The position numbers and the translations under genes were made by a program. A stretch of DNA of 64,000 nt from an uncultured Lentisphaerales bacterium (lineage in GTDB: Bacteria; Verrucomicrobiota; Lentisphaeria; JABSQK01; UBA12247). Under the pieces are notes generated by a model. That model ran no database searches. It had not been told where the DNA came from and worked only from the letters and a program-made list of their open reading frames with translations. Each line of letters opens with the position of its first letter. The first letter of the stretch is position 1. Of the stretch, positions 9,329 through 18,856 are shown one piece after another. The DNA lies in assembly GCA_943788985.1 (NCBI GenBank), contig CALSSJ010000002.1, positions 32,001 through 96,000 on the forward strand, given 5' to 3'.

Positions 9329-10303
9329 TCAGCGAAAATGCTTGGATGTTGCCAACTCCGAGGCGTCCCATGGACGAACTGCGGTGGTGGGGGCGACCGG
9401 GTCTTTAGCACGCCATACGTGCCCAGACTGCAGAGCCTGTGCCATTGCGCCGGGTACTTCCACCTCAGATTCGGCTACGATAATCATTTTCTCTTTGACT
9501 CTGGCACGCATCTCAAATTCTCGCGCAACTCCCATTGCTCGACGGCTTTCCGCGTGGGCCTGCGACACCAGCTTGTCAGCAGTCGCTTGTTCATCGCGTA
9601 GTCGCGCTCCGACATTGTCTTCGATCCCAACGTGTTCAATATCCACAGAGACGATCTCGAAGACGGTCCCCGTCCCAAGCCCATGCTCAAGGATGTAGCT
9701 CGTGATGAGGTCGGGGCGCTCGAGGATCTGCTGATGCGATTGCACCGTGCCGATTGCCGCGACAATCCCTTGGCCGACACGAGCCAGCACCGTTTCTGCA
9801 CCTGCACCGCCCACCAGCTTAGCGAGGTCGCTCCTGACTGTTATACGCACAGCGACGCTCATTCGCACTCCATCCTTGGCAACACCGCGAATTGTCTTCC
9901 CGGCTTCCTTCGGGCAACGCAGCACCGCCGGTGAGACGGCCGCGTCCACGGCCTGAAGAACATCGCGCCCAGCCAGATCAATGGCCGCGATCTGGTAGAA
10001 GTCGAACGGAAGCCCAGCCTTACTAGCGGAGACAGCCGCATCGACCACTGCCGAGACATCCCCTCCTGCCAAGTGATGCGCCTCAAGTGCGCTGACGTCT
10101 ACCGGCAGCCCTGCCTTATGGATGAGAACTGCGCGTTCAATCAACATTCGCGCATCAACCCGGCGCAAGACCATGCCAACCACATGCAAAGGCGTCAGGG
10201 GAACTTTGGAGGACGCAGCCTGTATCCACGCCGGCAGGAGACTGAGAAAGATGAACGCCGGGACAAGTGCGACCAGAACGACAATACCGAGTAGCCAGAT
10301 CAT
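9329..10303 (-). CDS. floA: Flotillin-like protein FloA (YqfA/UPF0365)
   Basis: LEAHHLAGGDV, AAIDLAGRDV, LVGGAGAETVLARVGQGIV, AESEVEVP. Confidence 0.9.
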   Translation of the reverse strand: MIWLLGIVVLVALVPAFIFLSLLPAWIQAASSKVPLTPLHVVGMVLRRVDARMLIERAVLIHKAGLPVDVSALEAHHLAGGDVSAVVDAAVSASKAGLPFDFYQIAAIDLAGRDVLQAVDAAVSPAVLRCPKEAGKTIRGVAKDGVRMSVAVRITVRSDLAKLVGGAGAETVLARVGQGIVAAIGTVQSHQQILERPDLITSYILEHGLGTGTVFEIVSVDIEHVGIEDNVGARLRDEQATADKLVSQAHAESRRAMGVAREFEMRARVKEKMIIVAESEVEVPGAMAQALQSGHVWRAKDPVAPTTAVRPWDASELATSKHFR

Positions 10304-10318
10304 CTGCCCCGGCCTCGG

Positions 10319-11821
10319 TCAGCCCGTACTAGTGCGATAGTTCGGCGCATCTTTAATGATTTTGACATCATGCGGATGTGCCTCACGGAGACCGGCTGCA
10401 CTAACGCGAATCAACCGCGCAGTATTGGCCAACTGGGAGACCGTCCTCGCTCCGCAGTAGCCCATGGCAAAGCGAAGCCCACCCACGTACTGCGCAAGCA
10501 CATTCGCCACGCTCCCGCGAAATTGGACGAGGCCCTCGATTCCTTGCGGCACCAAGTCGTCACCGTCCTCTGTATCCGGATGGCTGTAACGCTCCCGGCT
10601 ACCTTTGTTAGATTTCATGGCCTCAACGCTGCCCATGCCTCGATAAACCACGTACCGGCGCCCCTGATGCAGAATCTTCTCACCGGGACTTTCATTCGTA
10701 CCAGCAAGCGCGGAGCCCATCATCACTGCGCTAGCACCAGCCGCCAGCGCCTTCGGCACATCTCCGGATTGCTTGATACCGCCATCGGCGATGACTGGCA
10801 CTTCCATGCCGATAGCCCGGGTGGTCTCGAAAATTGCCGTGAGCTGGGGAATGCCGACACCGGCCACGACTCGCGTCGTGCAGATCGAGCCGGGCCCGAT
10901 CCCGACCTTGATCCCGTCTGCGCCTGCGTCCACCAGTGCCTTGGCGCCAGCCCCTGATCCCACATTCCCAGCGATCACGTCCACGCCGGCATAGAGCCGC
11001 TTGATTTCACGGATCGTGTCGATCACACCCTTCGTGTGGCCATGAGCTGTATCGATCACCACCGCATCAACGCCAGCGCGGACCAGCAGCTCAGCGCGTT
11101 CTTCATCGTACGGCCCAATCGCGGCCACCGCACGCAAGCGATGGTGCGAATCGCGGTTAATGAGCGATTCTACGTTGTCAATCAGGCTCACCACGTCGTG
11201 GAAACTGTAGAGCCCCGCGAGATGCCCGGATCCATCGACGATCGGAAGCTTGCCCACGTGATGCTCAAGCATGGTTGCGAACGCCTGATCCAGCGTTGTG
11301 CCGACAGGAGCAGTCAGCAACTCGGTCGTCATCACAGACCGCACTTGCAGGCTGTAGTCGCGCAGGAACTTTAGGTCCCGCGCGGTCAGAATCCCCACCA
11401 GTTTATCGTTATCATCCACGATCGGGAAGCCGCTAAACGTATAGTTATTCCGGTCCTTTTCAGCGATGAGATCCTCAATCGTAGTATCCTGCCGAAACAC
11501 CACAGGCGACTCGATCAATCCATTCAGGTAGCCCTTCACCTTGCGGACTTCGTGAGCCTGAGTTTCGGGGGATAAATTCTTGTGGATCACCCCCACACCG
11601 CCGACCATTGCCATCCCGATGGCCATCTTGCCTTCGGTGACAGTGTCCATCGCGGCACTGGCAAAAGGAACACTCAATGAAATATTTCTGCTCAGCCTTG
11701 AGCGAACATCGGCCTCCTCGGGAAGGAAGTCAGCATATTGGACACACAACGAAACATCATCGAAAGTGAGGCCCTCACCTTCGAATCGAGCCATGAATGC
11801 CTCGAGACCCGGATTGCACAT
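10319..11821 (-). CDS. guaB: IMP dehydrogenase with CBS pair
   Basis: [44 protein letters not shown]. The start could be the downstream Met at 11794. Confidence 0.97.
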   Translation of the reverse strand: MCNPGLEAFMARFEGEGLTFDDVSLCVQYADFLPEEADVRSRLSRNISLSVPFASAAMDTVTEGKMAIGMAMVGGVGVIHKNLSPETQAHEVRKVKGYLNGLIESPVVFRQDTTIEDLIAEKDRNNYTFSGFPIVDDNDKLVGILTARDLKFLRDYSLQVRSVMTTELLTAPVGTTLDQAFATMLEHHVGKLPIVDGSGHLAGLYSFHDVVSLIDNVESLINRDSHHRLRAVAAIGPYDEERAELLVRAGVDAVVIDTAHGHTKGVIDTIREIKRLYAGVDVIAGNVGSGAGAKALVDAGADGIKVGIGPGSICTTRVVAGVGIPQLTAIFETTRAIGMEVPVIADGGIKQSGDVPKALAAGASAVMMGSALAGTNESPGEKILHQGRRYVVYRGMGSVEAMKSNKGSRERYSHPDTEDGDDLVPQGIEGLVQFRGSVANVLAQYVGGLRFAMGYCGARTVSQLANTARLIRVSAAGLREAHPHDVKIIKDAPNYRTSTG

Positions 11822-11994
11822 AAAACAGTAACCTGATCAGTTAAACCTGTGGCGTTTCAGCCGCGGATTCCACTATAGCGAGCGGCTCAGCGCGCGCAAC
11901 GTGTGCACGAAGGATCCACCGAATCAGTGCCAACCCTGCGCATGACCAATGTCATACACCGTGGGGCAGCGAGCGCTCATCATTCCAGGCCTAA

Positions 11995-12154
11995 CAGTCA
12001 GTGGATAAACTCCCGTCGTCGCGAGAACGACAAATTTCGAGACTATTCGGGGCCTGGTGTCGAAAAATTGTAGCTTTCCCTCCTGTGTGCGAAGCCTGGC
12101 TGCAAGGTGCCCGAAAGGTGTGTTTGCAGTAGTCGCGAGTTTATCCACGAGATG
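11995..12154. mobile_element. Putative MITE / IS remnant (IS5- or IS1182-like ends)
   Basis: Perfect 12-bp inverted repeat GTGGATAAACTC (12001-12012) / GAGTTTATCCAC (12137-12148), CA...TG termini, CTAA direct repeat at 11991-11994 and 12155-12158. Confidence 0.55.
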
Positions 12155-12393
12155 CTAATCACACCGCTTTTGGCCGCAGGCTCACCATCTGCCACGCTCC
12201 AGGCAGCCTCCGCCAGCCTGCCTAACAGACCTTTATTCCACCATCCGGGACGCCCTAAAGCCCTTCGAACTGAACACTGCATTGCAGCACTGATTGGCCA
12301 GTCGAATCGCATTGAGTATATTGCACGCTACCCACTTTTCGGCGCGCTCTCGCTGCGTCCGCCTTTTACTGCTCACTGATAGGTTTTTCGGCC

Positions 12394-15300
12394 ATGGCAC
12401 TATTCGATCTGTTCCGCCCAAAGTGGCAGCATTCGGACCGAAATGTACGCTTGGAAGGCGTTGCAGACTTGGCCCCCACTGAAGTTGAGACCCTGCTCGA
12501 AATCGCTGCAGACGACAGCGATGAGGGCGTACGCATCGCCGCCGCAAAGAGGCTAGAACAGCCAGATCACTTACAGGCGCTGGCTGGACGCGACATCACC
12601 GCCCCAGTCATGAAAGCCGTCACTGAGAAGCTAAACCAGCACTACGCCGCAACCGTCCTGAACGGCACCGACGAGGCGATCCGGATGGAGGCACTTGACC
12701 GAATTGGCGACGAGAAGATCATGCAGGCCCTCGCGCGGGGCCTCAACGACTCACGCATCCGCGTCGCCGTCATTGAACGCATTGCCGACGTCACCAGCCT
12801 CCAGGGGTTAATCCGCGACGGTGTCGGCCGCGAAGCCGGGCTGGCAATCGTGGAGCGGATCTCGGCCCAGCCAGCCCTCAAGGACATTGCCGGACGTGCT
12901 TCAAACAAGGCAGTACGCCGTGCAGCCAAGGCCAAGCTTGACCAGCTAGACGCCGCGGCGACAGCGCAGGATCCGGAACGCGAACGCGCCAGCCAACTGA
13001 CCATCCTCTGCGAGGCTGCAGAGAAAGTTCAGGATTCATGGAGCTGGGATTTTGCAGAAGAGAAAGTCACCGCCGCGCAGACCGAATGGCAGCGGATCGA
13101 CCCGGCGGAAAGCCACGACCTCCGGGCACGATTTGACACCGCGGTGACTCACTTTCGCGACCGCCAAGAGAAGTTCCGCGAACAAATGGAAGAAGATCAG
13201 CGTAAAGCTGCCGACCGCGATGCATGCATCACTGCCCGACGGGATCTGTGCGAGAAACTGGAAGCCCACGTCGGCCAATTTGGCGAGACGGTCGATGACG
13301 CGGTCTCCGCCCTTGAACAAGCCTGGGACCAGGCCGAGCCCGTCCCGGACGACGTCCAGCGCGAGCTACAGGATCGGTTCCAGACCGCCAAGCAACGCTA
13401 CCTCTTCGAGCGAGCCTCAGCCGCCGACGCAGCCGCGAGACACGAGAAAGAGCAGAAACAGATCGAGAGCATTCTCGCTCACGCAGAAGAAGCCGTAGGG
13501 GAGCTAGAAAAAGGCCCGCAGAAAGCTGGAAGTGCGCTCACGCGCGGCATCAAGCAGTGGGCGGGCGTGGCCCGAAACGCCTCCGCTGAGGCCGCTGCTC
13601 GGTTTGCCGCGGCGAGTGCCGCGCTCACAACCGCTGCCGGCCTGCACGAAGCCCAACTAGCCGAGCGACGGGAGCAGTCCCTCGCCGCCATCGAACAAGT
13701 CTGCATCCAGATGGACGCGCACGCCGCTGGAGACGACTCGACCCGCGAGGACCTACAGGCCACTCGCAAAGCCTGGAAGGCCCTGCAACGCCGCGAAGAG
13801 ATGACCCAAGACCATCGTGACCGCTACTCCGCCGCCAGCGAGCTCGTGAACCAACGAATTCAGGAACGTCGCGAAGTCCAATCCATGGAGCGCTTCGCCA
13901 ATCTCTCGGCCAAGGAAGAGATGATTCGGGAAGTCGAAGCCCTCGCCGAAGACACCGACTTCCCGGCGGTCGCCAAAAGAATTCAAGAGATTCAGGCCCA
14001 ATGGAAGACCATCGGCTATGTCCCGCGCAAGCAGTCAGACGAGCTCTGGGCTCGTTTTCGTGCGGTCTGCGACGAACAGTACGCCCGCTGCAAAGAATTC
14101 TTCGGCAAGCAAGACGTCCTGCGCGATGCCGCAAAAGCCGCCAAAGAAGCGCTCTGCCAAGAGGCCGAGTTGCTCTCAGACAGCGAGGAGTGGAGAGCTA
14201 CCGCAGAGCTGTTCAAGGACCTGCTGGAACAGTGGAAACAAGCTGGTTCCGCCGGCCGAAAGTCGGACGAATATCTCTACGAGCGTTTCAACGCCGCCGC
14301 CTCCACGTTCTTCGAGGCCCGCAGAAAGTACCACCAGGAGCGAGACGCGCTGCGCGCCGAGAACCTCGAGATCAAGAAGGGCATTCTGGAAAGTGCACAG
14401 TCCCTCAGCGAGTCCATGGACTGGGCAGGAACAGCCACCGCTTATAAGAATCTCCAGCGTGAGTGGAAGGAGACTGGCCCCGGGCCACACAAGGAAGAGC
14501 AACCCATCTGGGAAGCCTTTCACGCCGCATCCAACGCCTTCTTTGGACGCCTTGATGAAGTCCGTGCAGATCACAGCAAAGCCCGCACCGGCCTGTGCGC
14601 AGAGCTCACCGAACTTCTCGCCATGGAGCCCGCTGCGTGGAATTTCTCCGTGCTGACGCCCAAGGTGATCGAGATTCAAAGAGAGTGGCGCCAGATTGGC
14701 CCTGGTCTTCGCGAGGAGGAGGGAAAACTTCGCAAGGAGCTCAAGTCCCTCTGCGACCGGTTTTTCGGCGAGCGCCGCAAGTGGTTTTCGCAATTGCAGG
14801 AAGAACGCGAGCAGAATGAAGCACGCAAGGCCGAACTCATCTACCGCGTCGAGGAACTATCCGAATCCGTAGACTGGCATGAAACCGCCACCGCCATCAA
14901 GGCTGTCCAAGCCGAATGGAAAGAGATCGGCCCCGTGCCCAGTGAGCAACGAGATGACCTGAACGATCGTTTCCGCGCTGCCTGCGACTCTTTTTTCCAA
15001 GGCCGAAACACGCATTTTGCCGAGCGTCATCACGACCGCCTCGACAACCAGCGAAAGCGAGAAGAGCTCTGCGTGCGCCTCGAGCAACTCGCGAAACTTG
15101 AGGCCCCGAAAGAAAAAAATGCTCCGGAGCTATCCATCGCCGATCAACTCAAGGCCGCATTCGAAGCTAATTTTGTCGTCAGCTCATCTGGAAACGACGA
15201 CAGTCGCTGGCATAATGCACAACCAGAAGTGCAACGCATTCAGGCCCAATGGAAAGGCTGCGGCCCCGTCCCTCGAGACCACGCGGACGACATCCAAAAG

Positions 15301-15612
15301 CGCTTCCGTCGTGCTATCGACGGATTCTATGATAACCGGCCAAAATCCGACGTTGTTGAGACGCCCGCAGACATGGCCAGGAACCTGAAAAAGAAACAAC
15401 AGCTTGCGGAAGACATTCAGCAGTATACTAAAGGGAACGACACCGCCCTTAATCTCCGCGACGTGAAACGACTCCAACGGCAATGGCGTGACACCGGACG
15501 CCTCAGTTCCCGAAAAGAATCAGATGCTTTGGAGAAAACGTTTTACGACGCGGTTGATCTCGTCTACGACGCTGTAAAGAAAAAAGAAGACCAGGAGTTC
15601 TCTCGCGCATGA
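12394..15612 (+). CDS. DUF349 repeat-containing helical protein
   Basis: N-terminal LFRPKWQHSD..VR; several repeats of W+xIGxVP...LWxRFxxACDxFF. Confidence 0.85.
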   Translation: MALFDLFRPKWQHSDRNVRLEGVADLAPTEVETLLEIAADDSDEGVRIAAAKRLEQPDHLQALAGRDITAPVMKAVTEKLNQHYAATVLNGTDEAIRMEALDRIGDEKIMQALARGLNDSRIRVAVIERIADVTSLQGLIRDGVGREAGLAIVERISAQPALKDIAGRASNKAVRRAAKAKLDQLDAAATAQDPERERASQLTILCEAAEKVQDSWSWDFAEEKVTAAQTEWQRIDPAESHDLRARFDTAVTHFRDRQEKFREQMEEDQRKAADRDACITARRDLCEKLEAHVGQFGETVDDAVSALEQAWDQAEPVPDDVQRELQDRFQTAKQRYLFERASAADAAARHEKEQKQIESILAHAEEAVGELEKGPQKAGSALTRGIKQWAGVARNASAEAAARFAAASAALTTAAGLHEAQLAERREQSLAAIEQVCIQMDAHAAGDDSTREDLQATRKAWKALQRREEMTQDHRDRYSAASELVNQRIQERREVQSMERFANLSAKEEMIREVEALAEDTDFPAVAKRIQEIQAQWKTIGYVPRKQSDELWARFRAVCDEQYARCKEFFGKQDVLRDAAKAAKEALCQEAELLSDSEEWRATAELFKDLLEQWKQAGSAGRKSDEYLYERFNAAASTFFEARRKYHQERDALRAENLEIKKGILESAQSLSESMDWAGTATAYKNLQREWKETGPGPHKEEQPIWEAFHAASNAFFGRLDEVRADHSKARTGLCAELTELLAMEPAAWNFSVLTPKVIEIQREWRQIGPGLREEEGKLRKELKSLCDRFFGERRKWFSQLQEEREQNEARKAELIYRVEELSESVDWHETATAIKAVQAEWKEIGPVPSEQRDDLNDRFRAACDSFFQGRNTHFAERHHDRLDNQRKREELCVRLEQLAKLEAPKEKNAPELSIADQLKAAFEANFVVSSSGNDDSRWHNAQPEVQRIQAQWKGCGPVPRDHADDIQKRFRRAIDGFYDNRPKSDVVETPADMARNLKKKQQLAEDIQQYTKGNDTALNLRDVKRLQRQWRDTGRLSSRKESDALEKTFYDAVDLVYDAVKKKEDQEFSRA

Positions 15613-16034
15613 AAACCTTACTCACGATCCTTACTTTAGCTCTCTTTGTCAGCTCCTGTGGCAAGCCGGCCGCAGACAAGTCTGCAACATCCGCCCCCTC
15701 TGTCCAGACCGCTGCACCCAGCGCAGCCGGTATCGTGAAAGAAGTCGCCGAAGCCGACTTCAAAACCGAGATTTCCCAGGGTATCACCATCGTAGACTTT
15801 TGGGCCCCCTGGTGCAAAGCATGCCTCATCCAAGCCCCAATCATGGACCAAATCGCAAAATCCAGTGCAGCCAAAGTCATCAAAGTTAACATCGATAAAG
15901 CAGAATCCACCGTCAACGGCTTGGGTATTGAAACCATTCCTACAGTCATTATCTTCAAGGACGGGGTTGAAGCAGAACGGTTCGTGGGCCTGACCGAGGC
16001 AAACGAGATTACCGCAGCGATCCCAGCTAACTAA
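15609..16034 (+). CDS. Thioredoxin-family lipoprotein
   Basis: Lipobox-like FVSSC; VDFWAPWCKAC; cis-Pro TIPT; ATGA overlap with the upstream gene. Confidence 0.88.
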   Translation: MKTLLTILTLALFVSSCGKPAADKSATSAPSVQTAAPSAAGIVKEVAEADFKTEISQGITIVDFWAPWCKACLIQAPIMDQIAKSSAAKVIKVNIDKAESTVNGLGIETIPTVIIFKDGVEAERFVGLTEANEITAAIPAN

Positions 16035-16060
16035 CCGCCAGCAGAATCCCGGTACCTGAC

Positions 16061-17767
16061 GTGGATAATTCTGATAGCCCCCCGATCTATCTCGTGCTGT
16101 CCGTGGTCATCACGGGCATTCTGCACGTGCTGTTGTGGCAGCTGTCCATGCATTGGACTGTCACTCCCTTCGGTCACCTTTCCGATGATCTCAACCGTCC
16201 CCAGCGCAATCTGACTGTAGAGAGCATCAACCTTGAGGAACAGGTCGAGCCGCCCAAGGTTCCCGAAAAGGCAAACATCCAAGATCGGTTACTCGAAGAA
16301 CAGCGCAAGCACCTCACTACCATCTTCGACCAGCAGCGTAATCCCGACCTGCCGAAGATCCAGCCACGCACCGCCATTGCCGCACTCAACCCGGCCGAGC
16401 GCCAGCGCGAGGCCATCCGCCCACCCGGGGCCATGCTCTCCTCCCCCCCACCCAAGATCATCGCTATCGATGCCGACCAGGTGCCGTTGGAGCGCCTGTT
16501 GAGCAAGCGCCGCACCATTCCGAGGGTAAAGCGCTACGACCTCCGCGGTCCCCGCGTTCCTTCCATGACCTCCGGCACGCCTGGTCCCCTTGGTACTGGC
16601 GCCGCGTCCATGTACAAGGTAAATCTCGGAGTGCGCCTACCCGCGCCCCCACGCATCAAGCCACCCCTTCCCACCCCAAAGCCCAATCTAGCACTCATCC
16701 AGGAGCGCACACCGGCGGTGGAACTGGAATCCTATGAGGATACCCACATTCTCGACTCCATGCTCGATGCCACCTTCGCAGCCCATACGGACCCGGGAAC
16801 CGCAGAGATCTACTACTCCTTTTCGATCAGGCCCAACGAACAGAGCGATGAAGTCCCCCCCATTCCGCGCGACATCCTCTTTTTGCTTGACGCCTCCGCC
16901 AGCATCTCCGATGAGGCACTCAACGAATACAAGGCTGGCATCCAGCTAGCCCTCGACTACCTCCAACCCGATGACGCCTTTAACATCGTCGTCTTCCGCG
17001 CAGATGCCCGAGCCCTCTTCTCCAGCTTCGTGGCCCCCACCCCCGAAAACATTCTCAAAGCCCGAAAATACGTCAAAGGCCAATCCACCCTTGGCAAGAC
17101 AGACATTTATACCAGCCTCGCGCCGTACGTGAATAGAAGCCGAGTCTCGAAACGACCCTACATGATCTTTCTCATTACCGACGGCAAAAGCACCACCGGC
17201 TCTAAGCTCGAGAATGACGACATGATCCGGCGTATTCTCGGCGAGAACACCGCCAACGCCTCCATCTTCTCCTTCAGCGCTGGCAGCAAAGACACAAACC
17301 GCTTTCTGCTCAACTTTCTCTCCTACAAGAACCGCGGCCTCTCCCTCCACGAGGAACGTCTTAGCGAAACCCACCGCACCTTCGTGCGCTATTTCGGTAG
17401 CCTTGCCGAAGTACTTGTTGCCGACCTCAACTACGACATCTCCGGGGCACTCGCCCATGACGCCTTTCCGCGTGAACTGCACCACCTCTTCCGCTCGCAG
17501 CCACTCGTCGTCTACGGACGCGCCAAAGCTGGCCAAGACATCATCGACCTGCGCGTCGTCGGCCGAAATCGCGATGGTGGCCGCGAAGAGTTAATTCTGC
17601 GCAAGCGCCTCAGCGAGGCCCAACCCGGCGGACAGTCCCTCGCCCTGCGCTGGGCCGCACAGAAAATCTACCACCTGATCGCCGAGCGCAGCATGGGCAA
17701 CAATCCGAACGCCGACGCAGAGATCGCAGCCTTGACCAAGAAATACAACATCGCCGTTCCCTACTGA
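16061..17767 (+). CDS. Membrane-anchored von Willebrand factor A domain protein (ITIH/VIT-like C-terminal part)
   Basis: N-terminal TM, Pro-rich linker, MIDAS DASAS, FNIVVF, GKTDI, FLITDG. Confidence 0.8.
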   Translation: MDNSDSPPIYLVLSVVITGILHVLLWQLSMHWTVTPFGHLSDDLNRPQRNLTVESINLEEQVEPPKVPEKANIQDRLLEEQRKHLTTIFDQQRNPDLPKIQPRTAIAALNPAERQREAIRPPGAMLSSPPPKIIAIDADQVPLERLLSKRRTIPRVKRYDLRGPRVPSMTSGTPGPLGTGAASMYKVNLGVRLPAPPRIKPPLPTPKPNLALIQERTPAVELESYEDTHILDSMLDATFAAHTDPGTAEIYYSFSIRPNEQSDEVPPIPRDILFLLDASASISDEALNEYKAGIQLALDYLQPDDAFNIVVFRADARALFSSFVAPTPENILKARKYVKGQSTLGKTDIYTSLAPYVNRSRVSKRPYMIFLITDGKSTTGSKLENDDMIRRILGENTANASIFSFSAGSKDTNRFLLNFLSYKNRGLSLHEERLSETHRTFVRYFGSLAEVLVADLNYDISGALAHDAFPRELHHLFRSQPLVVYGRAKAGQDIIDLRVVGRNRDGGREELILRKRLSEAQPGGQSLALRWAAQKIYHLIAERSMGNNPNADAEIAALTKKYNIAVPY

Positions 17768-17824
17768 CGCGAGGATTCTGAACAGGCCGTGGAAAGATCC
17801 ACACAGCCACGCTTAAGCCAGACC

Positions 17825-18130
17825 ATGGATTTTTTCATCCCAGCCGACGAAGCGCACGTCAAGCGCGAGAAAACCAGGGCCCGCGATTTGCGGAGTTCGC
17901 AATGGTGGAAGAATCAAAAGGGCCACGCGCGTTGCCACTACTGCCAGGCACAGGTCCATCCTTCTGAGCTCACCATGGATCACGTCGTCCCCATCGTCCG
18001 CGGTGGCAAGACCACCAAGGGCAACGTTGTCCCCGCCTGTAAGCCCTGCAACGACAACAAGAAGTATCTGCTGCCGATCGAATGGCAGGAATACCTCGAC
18101 AGCCTATCAAAGCCCAGTACCGACTCATGA
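17825..18130 (+). CDS. Small HNH endonuclease
   Basis: CHYC...TMDHVVP..RGGK...NVVPACKPCN; ATG at 17825 preferred over GTG at 17789. Confidence 0.9.
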   Translation: MDFFIPADEAHVKREKTRARDLRSSQWWKNQKGHARCHYCQAQVHPSELTMDHVVPIVRGGKTTKGNVVPACKPCNDNKKYLLPIEWQEYLDSLSKPSTDS

Positions 18131-18855
18131 ACCTGCTGAAGCGCTACATCGTGACGGCCTTGTACGCAATCGCAGCCTTCCTCGTCGCGGCCACGCTGAC
18201 TTGGCGCAACGCGCACTACTCGCTCGAACTCGTGTGGGTCGGCGGCTTTATCGCCTGCGCTGGGCTATCGCTGATATTCTGCTTTCTTGCGCTCACGCCC
18301 GTCATCCGCAGGCGCCGGGCCAAGCTCAAGGAACAAGTGTCCGACGCGCACTATCTCGTTGCCCGAGAGACACTTGCCGCCTTCCAAGAGACTGAGCTTA
18401 CCGGTCCCCTGGCACAGCAACTTGCCAATCAGCTGGCAGAGTTGCACGATGCCCTGTGGCAGCCCGGCGGCATTGATGATCTGCCCTCCGCACCACGTCG
18501 TCGTCTCCGTGCCGAGTTATCCCCTCTGTTCCACCATGCCCGCGCCCTTGTCGAGCAACTCCAGGAGAACCCTGAGAACGAAGAGATCAAGGTCGAATTG
18601 CTCCTAAATAGCGCCGAGACACTTCGTGCAGACTTGGACCAAATTCTCACCGAATTCGCCCAAGATCCTGAGCTTCAGCCGCTCGCCCAAGCCCAGGCTC
18701 CAACCCAATCCCTGTTCACCCTAGTAGACGCCTACGATGCCGATCAAGGCATCCGTCCCGGCACCTACTCGCTCCTCCTCTCTCCGCTCAAGCAAAAAGA
18801 AGCGTCCGCCTCAGGAAAAACGCGCACCGTGACCTTTCATTTGGTCCCCGGCTAA
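18127..18855 (+). CDS. Hypothetical protein, two N-terminal TM helices plus helical domain
   Basis: ATGA overlap with the HNH stop; two hydrophobic segments followed by RRRR. Confidence 0.7.
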   Translation: MNLLKRYIVTALYAIAAFLVAATLTWRNAHYSLELVWVGGFIACAGLSLIFCFLALTPVIRRRRAKLKEQVSDAHYLVARETLAAFQETELTGPLAQQLANQLAELHDALWQPGGIDDLPSAPRRRLRAELSPLFHHARALVEQLQENPENEEIKVELLLNSAETLRADLDQILTEFAQDPELQPLAQAQAPTQSLFTLVDAYDADQGIRPGTYSLLLSPLKQKEASASGKTRTVTFHLVPG

Positions 18856-18856
18856 C

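Noticed and set aside
12001..12149. Two DnaA-box-like words (TTATCCAC) as oriC
   Set aside because: Only two imperfect boxes, no AT-rich unwinding element and no dnaA/dnaN context. They are better explained as terminal inverted repeats.
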